DNA of 64,000 nucleotides from Candidatus Margulisiibacteriota bacterium (GCA_050250935.1 JBFWNS010000001.1:512122-576121), one strand, 5' to 3'; numbered from the stretch's first letter, positions 48,440-57,155 are shown. Translations and numbers: made by a program. The notes: generated from the sequence alone by a model not told the origin.

Positions 48440-49078
48440 ATGAATTTAGCCACGGTGTTGCGCATTCAGATTCGAAAGCTTCAGTTGTCCGACTATGAAT
48501 TGGCTATGAAAAGCGGGGTCACCAAATCGGGTCTTAGCAAGATTTTGAATGGAAAAACCAAAAATCCGTCCTACGACACCTTGGTTGCTTTGGCCGGTGC
48601 TTTGGATTTGAATGTGCACGTGTTGATGGATGCCTTGCCCACCAAAAAACAGGTTCCAATGCTCCAAAAAACAGAGGTTTCGGCCTCGATCCAGCAGGTG
48701 CCAGTGGTTCAGTTGGGGGATGCCAATCGCAATAGTTCCCCAGATTTTTTGCGTAAAAAAGCCTATTCGTTTTTGGCAACGCCTGTTCAAGGAGACACGG
48801 TGTTTGCCGTTCGACTCGACCGGGATCAATACCCCTTTATGGCCGACCAATTGGCCCTCATTAACCCCGAGCTCGAGCCCAACGACGGCGACTTTGTGCT
48901 GATGCGAACAGCCGGCGTCGATGCCAAACTAGGCCGCTATACTTTTTTCGAACGCCAAGAAGCCATTGTGGGCCTGGAGTCCGGTCGCGATCACTGGGTA
49001 GAGCCCCTTCATGACAATCGGGAAGAGTTGTTGATTGGGGTGGTGGTTCAGGTGGTTTGGGTGTTGGTGGAGGGGTAG
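48440..49078 (+). CDS. XRE-family HTH regulator with degenerate S24-like C-terminal domain
   Basis: ELAMKSGVTKSGLSKILNGKTKNPSYDTL HTH; VPVV...FAVRL...INPELEPNDGDFV...LIGVVV. Confidence 0.85.
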   Translation: MNLATVLRIQIRKLQLSDYELAMKSGVTKSGLSKILNGKTKNPSYDTLVALAGALDLNVHVLMDALPTKKQVPMLQKTEVSASIQQVPVVQLGDANRNSSPDFLRKKAYSFLATPVQGDTVFAVRLDRDQYPFMADQLALINPELEPNDGDFVLMRTAGVDAKLGRYTFFERQEAIVGLESGRDHWVEPLHDNREELLIGVVVQVVWVLVEG

Positions 49079-49093
49079 TTTACGGGTGGTGCT

Positions 49094-49636
49094 TTAAACT
49101 CTATGCCCGAGCTCCTTTAAAAAATCGTTAACCAAATGGCCTTGATGTTCTTGCTGGGACCAATGTTGGACATCTTTGATGTCAATGGGTTGTGCTTTGG
49201 CTACAGCGATAGCCTGGTGGAGTGCGGTTTTGTCTTGCCAGTGATAGTAGGCGGCCAACCGGTCCTTAACACAGTCTGTTGGGGTTAGCAGTTTTAGTTC
49301 TCCCAATCCCGAGTTTAGGTTGTGATAGGTGTCGATAGGCGTATTTCCAATGGCGATGGGAGGGTTTAGAAATTCAATAAAAAAGGGACAGTCAGGATGG
49401 GTAAAATATTTTCGTTTATCGAAGAGAAATCCAAGTGTTTCCATTGCCTTTAGTGTTCCCTTAATCGGATCGTACGAAATAAAATCAAGGTCGTAGGACA
49501 TAAATTCGTTGTGGGCATAGATGGTAACACAAGACCCGCCCACCAAAACGGCATCAATTCCGTTCTTTTGAAGGTGGGTTGCGACTACGGTTGCCAGATC
49601 TTGAATGGAAAGGGTTTTAAAATCGAGAGGTTGCAT
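49094..49636 (-). CDS. AbiEii-like nucleotidyltransferase (putative type IV toxin)
   Basis: AVLVGGSC...SYDLDF pol-beta NTase motif; start MQPLDF 5 nt after the upstream wHTH gene. Confidence 0.7.
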   Translation of the reverse strand: MQPLDFKTLSIQDLATVVATHLQKNGIDAVLVGGSCVTIYAHNEFMSYDLDFISYDPIKGTLKAMETLGFLFDKRKYFTHPDCPFFIEFLNPPIAIGNTPIDTYHNLNSGLGELKLLTPTDCVKDRLAAYYHWQDKTALHQAIAVAKAQPIDIKDVQHWSQQEHQGHLVNDFLKELGHRV

Positions 49637-49641
49637 AGGAC

Positions 49642-49983
49642 TTAAGGTAAAGAAAAGGGTTTTCCGGTTCGACGGGGGCGGGTTCGTTCTTTGGGTAGAT
49701 AAAGAAGTTGATATTTTGGGGGGAGAAAGGAAAACCCTTTTTTTAAAAAGGCCTGAAGTTCGGTTAACAACGGGTAGCGTGGGTTCCAATCATAGTATCG
49801 GATGTTTCCTTCCTTAAAACTGATCAGAATCCCCGCTTTTTCCAATTTAAGAAGGGCTTGTTGCATGGTAAATAAGGACACTTTAAAGTGGTCGGATAGG
49901 CGTTTGGCATAACAGGTTGTGTTGTTGAGAAGGAAAAACAGTATTTTTTCTGTGGTTTGGTTTCCAAATAGGCGTTCGAGCAT
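49642..49983 (-). CDS. Winged-helix regulator (putative antitoxin)
   Basis: LERLFG...KILFFL...MQQALLKLEKAGILIS..EGNIRYY.WNPRYP, an ArsR/MarR-like wHTH in an operon with the NTase. Confidence 0.7.
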   Translation of the reverse strand: MLERLFGNQTTEKILFFLLNNTTCYAKRLSDHFKVSLFTMQQALLKLEKAGILISFKEGNIRYYDWNPRYPLLTELQAFLKKGFSFLPPKYQLLYLPKERTRPRRTGKPFSLP

Positions 49984-50056
49984 CAAGCTTTCCTTGTACC
50001 AATAATAATGGTAATAGTACCAACAATATTGGTTATTTTAAACCCTTCATTTTGGT

Positions 50057-52771
50057 CTACCCCACCGGCAAAAACAAACGAAACGCCGTTCCTTTTCCCA
50101 CTTCCGAGTCCACCTGAATGGTGCCGCCGTGGGCCAGGATGACGTCTTGAAGAATCGAAAGACCTAGGCCGGCGTTTTTGCCACCGGTTGGGCCTTTGGT
50201 GGTGAAGAAGGGGTGGAAGATTTTTTCTTTGGTTTCGGCGGAAATGCCGGGACCGTTGTCGGCGATATTGATTTCGATGCCCGGAATCTGGCGGCCCTGG
50301 TGGCCCAGAAAAGTGGCCTTTTTGGCGGTGACGACAATGGATTTGTCGGGTTTTTCCAGCGGTTCTAGGGCTTGAATGGCGTTGAACATCACATTAAACA
50401 CGGCTTGCTGAAGCCGCAATTCGTCGCCGCGAATTTGGGGCAGGGATTTATCGAGATCCAGGGTTAGGGTAATGGCAATCTTGTGGGCACTGCCGGCCAA
50501 AATGCTTTGGGCGCTTTTAAGAATTTTGGCGACGTCGACCTTGGTTTTGACCGCACCTGGTGTGTTTTGAATGTGCCATTGCACGGCATGTTCGACGGGC
50601 AAAAATCGGGGGGATACATTCAATTTGAAGTTGGGGGATTCGTATTGAAAAGACTCCAAGGCATAGCCTTTGTTGTCCAAATAGCCCTTCTCGACCAACT
50701 CGTCGAACAAGGCTTCGGAGTCGGTTTCGGAGATCCCTTCGATTTGGGTGAAGCTGTCTTTTTTGACTCCACCCCCAGACATGCCATAGCGCATCATGTT
50801 GTCGGCGATGTACAAAATGCGGGTGTACTGGGTGGCGGCGGTGTTCAGATAGGTATAGACCCCAGCCAGTTGCAGAACGGTTTTCATGGCCTCTCGGATG
50901 GCGACGATGTGGTCCTTAAAAGCGTCTCCCAAATCCAGCTCCGAGGCGTCCATCAGCAAGGGATTGAGCTTGGTGGTCAGTTCCCCGGCTTCTGTAAGGT
51001 AGCCTTCGGCTTGCAGGGCTTCTACCACCAGGCGGGCTTGGGTTCTGTCTCCACCGACAGCCCATAAAAACTGTTCGGGTCCCACAAAAAACCGCCAGAG
51101 CCGCTGGTGATAATCGTCGTTTTCGTCGACCACATCGTAGTGGGTGCCGCCCAATTTATCGGCCAAAAACAACATGTGGGCTTGCATGGCGGCCATGGGA
51201 TTTCGAATTTCGTGTGCAATGCCGGTGGCCAAGGTGGCCAAAGAGGCTTTATGAGAGAGTTCTTGGGCGATGCGGATGCTGGTTTCGCTTTTTTGGACCT
51301 CTTCTTGAACGCGTTTTTGAAGTTCTTGGTTGAGGGAGTCCAGTTGGTCGTAGGCGTTTTTGAGTTTTTCTTGGTGTGCAATGCGGTCAAAAACGATCAT
51401 CACTTGCGAAATAACCGAGGCAAAGAGTGCAATGTCTTGCTGAGTCCAAGGTTCTTCGGAGAGTTTGGGGCCTAAAATCACCAGGCCTTGTAAATAGAGG
51501 TTGGAATGAAAGGGAATGACCAAGCTGCCTTTAAACGGCGACAAGGGGAAACGGTGTTTGAGTTCGGGGTCCAGGTCGTCCCAAAACACGATCGAACCAT
51601 CGGCGTGAAAGCGTTGGATCAGCAGGTTTTTGGGGGGAAGGACGTGTTCGGTATGGGCCCGGGCATCCAAGGACGCCGAGAGTTCTTGGCAGTGGTATTC
51701 GACCCGGTGGGACAATTCGTTTTCATAGGCCAAAACGGTAATGACATTTTTAATTTGGATGGTATTGGCAAATTCCCCAGTGACAACGGCAATGACATCG
51801 TCCCTGGAATTGGCAATAAACAACCCCTGAGAAATGGCCTGAACAACCTTTTCGACGTTGTAAAAGCCCTTCAAAAACTTGGTTTCCAAGGGGGTCTGAA
51901 TCAGCCGCTGAATATCCTGCCCATAGCCATACCAAGCCAACCCCAGCAGCATGTAAAACGGCAACGAAAACCCAACCCCCAAACTCGTCAACACCCCATA
52001 CAAAACCCCAAACGACCCCGCCGCCACCACCCCTGTAATGATCTTGGAGTCGCGTTTGGCGATTAGGACTTTGATGTCCATTAGGTTGTGTTTGGTGATG
52101 AGGTAAGAGGTCATTAGAGCAAAGACACCAAGAAGAGCCGAGGAGCTTAGGTTAAGAAGGCTGGCCAGGAAAGGTGTAAATTTAAAAAGGATAAGAATGA
52201 AGTAACATAGGCCTGCTAGTATCAAAATATTTAAGGCGATTAGTAGGCGGAAAAATTTCTGTTTTTCGGCTATTGCAGGAGTGGCTTTAATTTTTTTTAA
52301 AAGTTCCCAGAACATTAAAATGGAAATAGTAGAAAAAAAGATTAAATAGATGTACCAAAAAAAATCTGGTGTGGTAACAAATCGAGCCCCAAAGTACAGG
52401 GTTACGCCCGTACGAAACTTCCAAAACCAATTCGATAAAAATAATAGAGCCCCTAAAATGCCGCTTACATAAAGATAGACGATAAAGTTGCTCAAAATAA
52501 AAGTGTTTACCACCGCTACAAGCGAGATAGGAAATATAACTGCAACGCTGTAAATGAGCTTATCGGTTAAAAATGCAAGTTGATAGGAATGTGTATTACT
52601 TTGAACGTAGCACCCCATTGCCCAAAAAAATAACAAAACGCAAAACCATAAAAAGATTCGATTTTGTGTGCTTTGGTTACTTTTTGTGAAAACATATATC
52701 CCTAAAACAAGTGTAAAAATCCCAGAGACTAATGGAGACAGGCGGCTAATTTCTATGATGAGATGCAGCAC
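50057..52771 (-). CDS. Sensor histidine kinase HK3 (7TM sensor - membrane/GAF-like linker - HisKA with insertions - HATPase)
   Basis: Multi-TM N-terminus; GIAHEIRNPM H-box; FNVMFNAIQA, IADNGPGI, IFHPFFTTK, GLGLSI. Confidence 0.93.
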   Translation of the reverse strand: MLHLIIEISRLSPLVSGIFTLVLGIYVFTKSNQSTQNRIFLWFCVLLFFWAMGCYVQSNTHSYQLAFLTDKLIYSVAVIFPISLVAVVNTFILSNFIVYLYVSGILGALLFLSNWFWKFRTGVTLYFGARFVTTPDFFWYIYLIFFSTISILMFWELLKKIKATPAIAEKQKFFRLLIALNILILAGLCYFILILFKFTPFLASLLNLSSSALLGVFALMTSYLITKHNLMDIKVLIAKRDSKIITGVVAAGSFGVLYGVLTSLGVGFSLPFYMLLGLAWYGYGQDIQRLIQTPLETKFLKGFYNVEKVVQAISQGLFIANSRDDVIAVVTGEFANTIQIKNVITVLAYENELSHRVEYHCQELSASLDARAHTEHVLPPKNLLIQRFHADGSIVFWDDLDPELKHRFPLSPFKGSLVIPFHSNLYLQGLVILGPKLSEEPWTQQDIALFASVISQVMIVFDRIAHQEKLKNAYDQLDSLNQELQKRVQEEVQKSETSIRIAQELSHKASLATLATGIAHEIRNPMAAMQAHMLFLADKLGGTHYDVVDENDDYHQRLWRFFVGPEQFLWAVGGDRTQARLVVEALQAEGYLTEAGELTTKLNPLLMDASELDLGDAFKDHIVAIREAMKTVLQLAGVYTYLNTAATQYTRILYIADNMMRYGMSGGGVKKDSFTQIEGISETDSEALFDELVEKGYLDNKGYALESFQYESPNFKLNVSPRFLPVEHAVQWHIQNTPGAVKTKVDVAKILKSAQSILAGSAHKIAITLTLDLDKSLPQIRGDELRLQQAVFNVMFNAIQALEPLEKPDKSIVVTAKKATFLGHQGRQIPGIEINIADNGPGISAETKEKIFHPFFTTKGPTGGKNAGLGLSILQDVILAHGGTIQVDSEVGKGTAFRLFLPVG
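51194..52105. repeat. 912-bp direct repeat, copy A (constant region of HK3)
   Basis: Matches 54407..55318 at offset 3213; I saw only three substitutions, all synonymous, near the H-box end. Confidence 0.95.
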
Positions 52772-52789
52772 GGACTGAATCCTTTTTGA

Positions 52790-54310
52790 TTAAATTCTTT
52801 TCTTTGCTATTGGTAGCACAAGATCTTTCAGTTTTTGAACTGTTTTTTCAATTTGCTGAAAGGTGTGATTCGCAGTAACAATGAATCTTAATCTCCCATT
52901 CCCTCTTTTAACAGCAGGGTAAACAACAGAAACTGTAAATATACCCGCATTTAAGAGGCTTTGAGAAGCTTTTAGTAGCGCTTCCTCATTATCTATAAAG
53001 ATTGGAATTACAGGGCTTTTAGAGTGACCAAGTTCAAAGCCACTTTCTAAAAGAAGCGTTCTCATGTAGATGTTATTTTGGTGAAGACGTTTTGTAATAC
53101 TAGAATCTTTTTCTAAAATTTCTAAAGATGCAATAACTGCTGCTGTATCGGCAGGACTGCAAGCTGCTTGAAAAATATAAGCATTCGCAGCCCATTCTAA
53201 CAATGCCCGAAACTTTTTAGCGCAGGCGATAAATCCACCTACCGATGCCGTTGCTTTTGACAAAGTTGACATTAAAAAATCCACTTGTTCCGTAACCCCT
53301 AGCTCAGAGCATAGCCCTGCTCCGCGCTGTCCGTAAAAACCGAAGGTATGAGCTTCATCAACATATAAAAAAAACTTGAATTGTTTTTTCAATTCACAAA
53401 TTGCTTGAAGCGGGGCTAAATCGCCTGACATAGAATAGGCCGATTCCACCACAACAAAAACATTTAAAAATTGATCCTTAATGGAAGAGAGTTTTTTTTC
53501 TAGATCGTTAACATCATTGTGGCGAAATGAAAGAAAAGTTGCTCCGGAAAGTCGAATGCCATCAATGATAGATGCGTGGCTTTCTCGATCAAAAATGATT
53601 AAATCTTTTTTTGTGGCCAAGCCAGATATGGCGCCAAGGTTTGTACTGTAGCCGGTAGGAAAGTAAAGGGCATCTTCTTTGCCTACTAAAGAAGCCAGCT
53701 TTATTTCTAGATGTTTGTGAAGGCTATTGTGCCCACAAGACATGGCGGAGGTGCCTGCACTTGTGCCATATTGGGCAAGGGCTTTTTGGGCAGCCTGGAT
53801 CACACGAGGATCGCGATTAAGCCCTGTGTAGTGATTGATGCACCAAAGAATGGCGTTTTTTTGTGCTCCAGTATTTGGGTCTTGGACAATCCCTTCTACT
53901 GAACTACCACTAACAGTAAAAAAATTTTGAGAAAATAATCCTTCTTGAATTTGGGTGTTTTTATGCTTTGTTAACTCAGTTGCAATTTCATTAAGAGGGA
54001 CATCGGCCTTTAACAACTCTTGGTAGAAAGAAAGAATGGGCTGTTGAGGTTTAGTTCCTAAGAAAGATGGAGCAGTGGGGGATCTTGTTTTGAACGCTAA
54101 GTTGGATAGTGAAATCACCGGTCTTCCATCTTCCGTGACGCCAACGACTGCAGATTTATCGGCGAGGTCTTGGTAGAAGGGGTTCTTCTCTAGGGTTTGG
54201 CGGTCTTGTTCAGATAGGGTTTTAGGGTGGTCTGGGAGACCATTTTCGGTTGTAGGTGATGGGGTTGAGGAGTTCACAAGGGTTTCTGAGGACGAGGCGT
54301 TCGTCGTCAT
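52790..54310 (-). CDS. PLP-dependent alpha-oxoamine synthase family enzyme (BioF/Spt/Kbl/CqsA superfamily); candidate signal synthase
   Basis: FPTGYSTN, DRESHASIIDG, FRHND, ESAYSMSGD, VDEAH, STLSKA (PLP Lys), RLRF; ~100-aa N-terminal extension. Confidence 0.88.
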   Translation of the reverse strand: MTTNASSSETLVNSSTPSPTTENGLPDHPKTLSEQDRQTLEKNPFYQDLADKSAVVGVTEDGRPVISLSNLAFKTRSPTAPSFLGTKPQQPILSFYQELLKADVPLNEIATELTKHKNTQIQEGLFSQNFFTVSGSSVEGIVQDPNTGAQKNAILWCINHYTGLNRDPRVIQAAQKALAQYGTSAGTSAMSCGHNSLHKHLEIKLASLVGKEDALYFPTGYSTNLGAISGLATKKDLIIFDRESHASIIDGIRLSGATFLSFRHNDVNDLEKKLSSIKDQFLNVFVVVESAYSMSGDLAPLQAICELKKQFKFFLYVDEAHTFGFYGQRGAGLCSELGVTEQVDFLMSTLSKATASVGGFIACAKKFRALLEWAANAYIFQAACSPADTAAVIASLEILEKDSSITKRLHQNNIYMRTLLLESGFELGHSKSPVIPIFIDNEEALLKASQSLLNAGIFTVSVVYPAVKRGNGRLRFIVTANHTFQQIEKTVQKLKDLVLPIAKKRI

Positions 54311-54382
54311 AAAGAGTCTCCTTCACAGGAAAAGATTTCCCCCGACTCAAGCCAACGCGTTTTGGAATGAATTTTTGTTAGT

Positions 54383-55936
54383 TTAGCATATCCGCAAAAG
54401 AAATCTCATGGGATTTCGAATTTCGTGGGCAATGCCGGTGGCCAAGGTGGCCAAAGAGGCTTTGTGGGAGAGTTCTTGGGCGATGCGGATGCTGGTTTCG
54501 CTTTTTTGGACCTCTTCTTGAACGCGTTTTTGAAGTTCTTGGTTGAGGGAGTCCAGTTGGTCGTAGGCGTTTTTGAGTTTTTCTTGGTGTGCAATGCGGT
54601 CAAAAACGATCATCACTTGCGAAATAACCGAGGCAAAGAGTGCAATGTCTTGCTGAGTCCAAGGTTCTTCGGAGAGTTTGGGGCCTAAAATCACCAGGCC
54701 TTGTAAATAGAGGTTGGAATGAAAGGGAATGACCAAGCTGCCTTTAAACGGCGACAAGGGGAAACGGTGTTTGAGTTCGGGGTCCAGGTCGTCCCAAAAC
54801 ACGATCGAACCATCGGCGTGAAAGCGTTGGATCAGCAGGTTTTTGGGGGGAAGGACGTGTTCGGTATGGGCCCGGGCATCCAAGGACGCCGAGAGTTCTT
54901 GGCAGTGGTATTCGACCCGGTGGGACAATTCGTTTTCATAGGCCAAAACGGTAATGACATTTTTAATTTGGATGGTATTGGCAAATTCCCCAGTGACAAC
55001 GGCAATGACATCGTCCCTGGAATTGGCAATAAACAACCCCTGAGAAATGGCCTGAACAACCTTTTCGACGTTGTAAAAGCCCTTCAAAAACTTGGTTTCC
55101 AAGGGGGTCTGAATCAGCCGCTGAATATCCTGCCCATAGCCATACCAAGCCAACCCCAGCAGCATGTAAAACGGCAACGAAAACCCAACCCCCAAACTCG
55201 TCAACACCCCATACAAAACCCCAAACGACCCCGCCGCCACCACCCCTGTAATGATCTTGGAGTCGCGTTTGGCGATTAGGACTTTGATGTCCATTAGGTT
55301 GTGTTTGGTGATGAGGTAGGCAATCGCAATTGTGTAAATAGAAACAAAGAAGTTTGCAAAAGGTGGGATGGGTATATTCATCCATAAAAAGTAATTGGTG
55401 CTGCCGCCTGAAAAAGCGATCAGAGTAAAACAAAAAATCAGTAAAAATTTTCTATCTTTTGTTTTGAGGTATTCCTTCCACAATAAAACATGGGCCAGTA
55501 AAACGTTCCCTAGAAAGTAGCCTAAGAATGGAAAAAATAGATGTCCGGCTTTTGGCCAAAGGGAAAACATCATCACAGGCTCTAACTTTAATATGAGTGT
55601 ATTTGTTAGGAGCTGAGAGCTAAAAAATAAACTACATCCCAGATTAAAATAAAATAAAATGGACTGGGTTTTTGAAGATTTATCAACCAGCTCATAAATA
55701 AAGTTAGTAAAAAAGAAGGGGATAAAGGCTGCCCCGACCATCAATAATCGACAATAAAGTAGAGCGGTGTTGTAATCTGTACTGTATTGCCAAAAAAAAT
55801 AGAAAAAGCTCCAAAAAGCTATTCCTAAATTGTAGAGGATATAGTATTTATACCTTGACTTATTGTGCGCAAAAATAGCTGCGAGAGCTAATGCTGTAAT
55901 ACAGTTTACAGCTGCAGAAATCCCAAAAAAATTCAT
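54383..55936 (-). CDS. Truncated sensor kinase HK2 (distinct 7TM sensor plus shared constant region, ends just after the H-box)
   Basis: Multi-TM N-terminus diverged from HK3; identical to HK3 from YLITKHNLMDIK to HEIRNPM, then RFLLRIC-stop; no HATPase. Confidence 0.9.
   Translation of the reverse strand: MNFFGISAAVNCITALALAAIFAHNKSRYKYYILYNLGIAFWSFFYFFWQYSTDYNTALLYCRLLMVGAAFIPFFFTNFIYELVDKSSKTQSILFYFNLGCSLFFSSQLLTNTLILKLEPVMMFSLWPKAGHLFFPFLGYFLGNVLLAHVLLWKEYLKTKDRKFLLIFCFTLIAFSGGSTNYFLWMNIPIPPFANFFVSIYTIAIAYLITKHNLMDIKVLIAKRDSKIITGVVAAGSFGVLYGVLTSLGVGFSLPFYMLLGLAWYGYGQDIQRLIQTPLETKFLKGFYNVEKVVQAISQGLFIANSRDDVIAVVTGEFANTIQIKNVITVLAYENELSHRVEYHCQELSASLDARAHTEHVLPPKNLLIQRFHADGSIVFWDDLDPELKHRFPLSPFKGSLVIPFHSNLYLQGLVILGPKLSEEPWTQQDIALFASVISQVMIVFDRIAHQEKLKNAYDQLDSLNQELQKRVQEEVQKSETSIRIAQELSHKASLATLATGIAHEIRNPMRFLLRIC
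54407..55318. repeat. 912-bp direct repeat, copy B (constant region of HK2)
   Basis: See 51194..52105. Confidence 0.95.
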
Positions 55937-55940
55937 GTCA

Positions 55941-57071
55941 CTAGTCCTTTTTTTGGATTTCCAAGTAGAGGATGGTGTTGTTTCCTCCTCTAAATAAGGT
56001 CTTTCTTTTCATATGCTCAAACGGAATATCCTGTGATAAGGTCTCCATTTCGGGAAATTCTCTGTAAATTAAAAACCAATCCATGAATGTTTCCATATAC
56101 CCTCGATCAACGGTGTCGTGTACAAAATTAGATACCAGTAGGTATCCCCCTGGTTTTAAAAGTTTAAACATAATGGAGGTTAGCTTTTGAGCCATTCTTG
56201 GGCTTAGGTAGTCATACAAGCCAGCCGCATAAACAAAATTAAAAGAATTTTCTTGAAAGTGAGAATGTCCTTTAATGAGACTAAAAACTGATAATTCTTG
56301 CGTTGTAATATTAAGGGAAGAATATTTTTCTTGGACTTTCTTTAGGGTTTCGGGATCGTGATCAAGGGCCAAAAACTGGCTTAGTTTTTTGCTTTGAACC
56401 ATCTTTGAATATTCAGCTTCGTGAAGGTGGCCGCAGGCTATTGAAAGGACGGTAGAATTAGGCGCATTTTCGGTTATCTCGTCGATTCTAGAGGCGATGA
56501 TTCTGATTCGATCACGAAGTGCTTCTCCGGACGGGCGGGTAACTGTGTAAGCCTGGATGGGGTTTGTTGAGTTGGTATCTTGATAAAAATAATCCAATAA
56601 AGCAGCGTCACCGGGGTAGCCTCTGGGTTTATCGAAACTGTGTTTTGTACAGGGGTCTCTAAAGATTATTTTAGAAATGGGGTGAGATAAAATGACCTTT
56701 TTTGCTGCTGATTTCCATATTTCTTCATGAGTTTCTTTCCTTAGGAGATTTAACTGCGTATAAAGATACTCCAAAGAAGGCAACAGGTTTTCAGTAGCAG
56801 CTTTTGTGTAAATATCGGTTAGAATTGCTTCCAGTTTAATTCTAAAACTGGTTTCGACGCTCTCGAAAATACCTGGAAAGGCTAGTCGTTCTGCTTTATA
56901 AACGGGTTTTGTAGGGGCAGGTGTATCGGACGGTTTTTGGTCGACATTGGAAAAATGAAGGCCAGAATAATGATTTAAGTCTGGAGTCGCTTCAGTTTTG
57001 GTTAGATGGTCTGATAAATCCGTAGAAACGGCATCTTTATAAGAAAAAGAAGTGGGTTTTTCCTGAGGCAA
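55941..57071 (-). CDS. Class I SAM methyltransferase, PhcB-like (3-hydroxy fatty acid methyl ester signal synthase family)
   Basis: KPRGYPGD, LSIACG, FVYAAGLYDYL, LKPGGYLLVSNF, METFMDWFLIYR; motif set recalled for the PhcB-like family and not verified by search. Confidence 0.75.
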   Translation of the reverse strand: MPQEKPTSFSYKDAVSTDLSDHLTKTEATPDLNHYSGLHFSNVDQKPSDTPAPTKPVYKAERLAFPGIFESVETSFRIKLEAILTDIYTKAATENLLPSLEYLYTQLNLLRKETHEEIWKSAAKKVILSHPISKIIFRDPCTKHSFDKPRGYPGDAALLDYFYQDTNSTNPIQAYTVTRPSGEALRDRIRIIASRIDEITENAPNSTVLSIACGHLHEAEYSKMVQSKKLSQFLALDHDPETLKKVQEKYSSLNITTQELSVFSLIKGHSHFQENSFNFVYAAGLYDYLSPRMAQKLTSIMFKLLKPGGYLLVSNFVHDTVDRGYMETFMDWFLIYREFPEMETLSQDIPFEHMKRKTLFRGGNNTILYLEIQKKD

Positions 57072-57155
57072 AATAAACTCCTTGGAAGGAAGTTCCCCTT
57101 AATTAAATAGCTAAGCGAATGGATTGGCTTCAGTCTATCATAATGCTTTGCATTT

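Noticed and set aside
48440..49078. Prophage marked by a CI-like repressor (and by the tail-fibre-like gene at 34907)
   Set aside because: No integrase, terminase, capsid or replication genes; the tail-fibre-like protein has a Sec signal.
52790..54310. Naming the PLP enzyme bioF, spt or cqsA
   Set aside because: Superfamily motifs are clear, but no bio genes are adjacent and motifs differ from those I recall for CqsA (and WCINHY replaces SNDY). The subfamily cannot be fixed without a phylogeny.
51194..55318. 912-bp repeat as an IS element or pure assembly duplication
   Set aside because: It encodes kinase linker sequence, with no transposase or terminal IRs. Three synonymous differences and domain-precise ends argue against a simple duplication artefact, though a strain chimera is not excluded.
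55941..57071. Assigning the gene symbol phcB
   Set aside because: The motif match is from memory and the protein has a different N-terminus; product and orthology are unverified.
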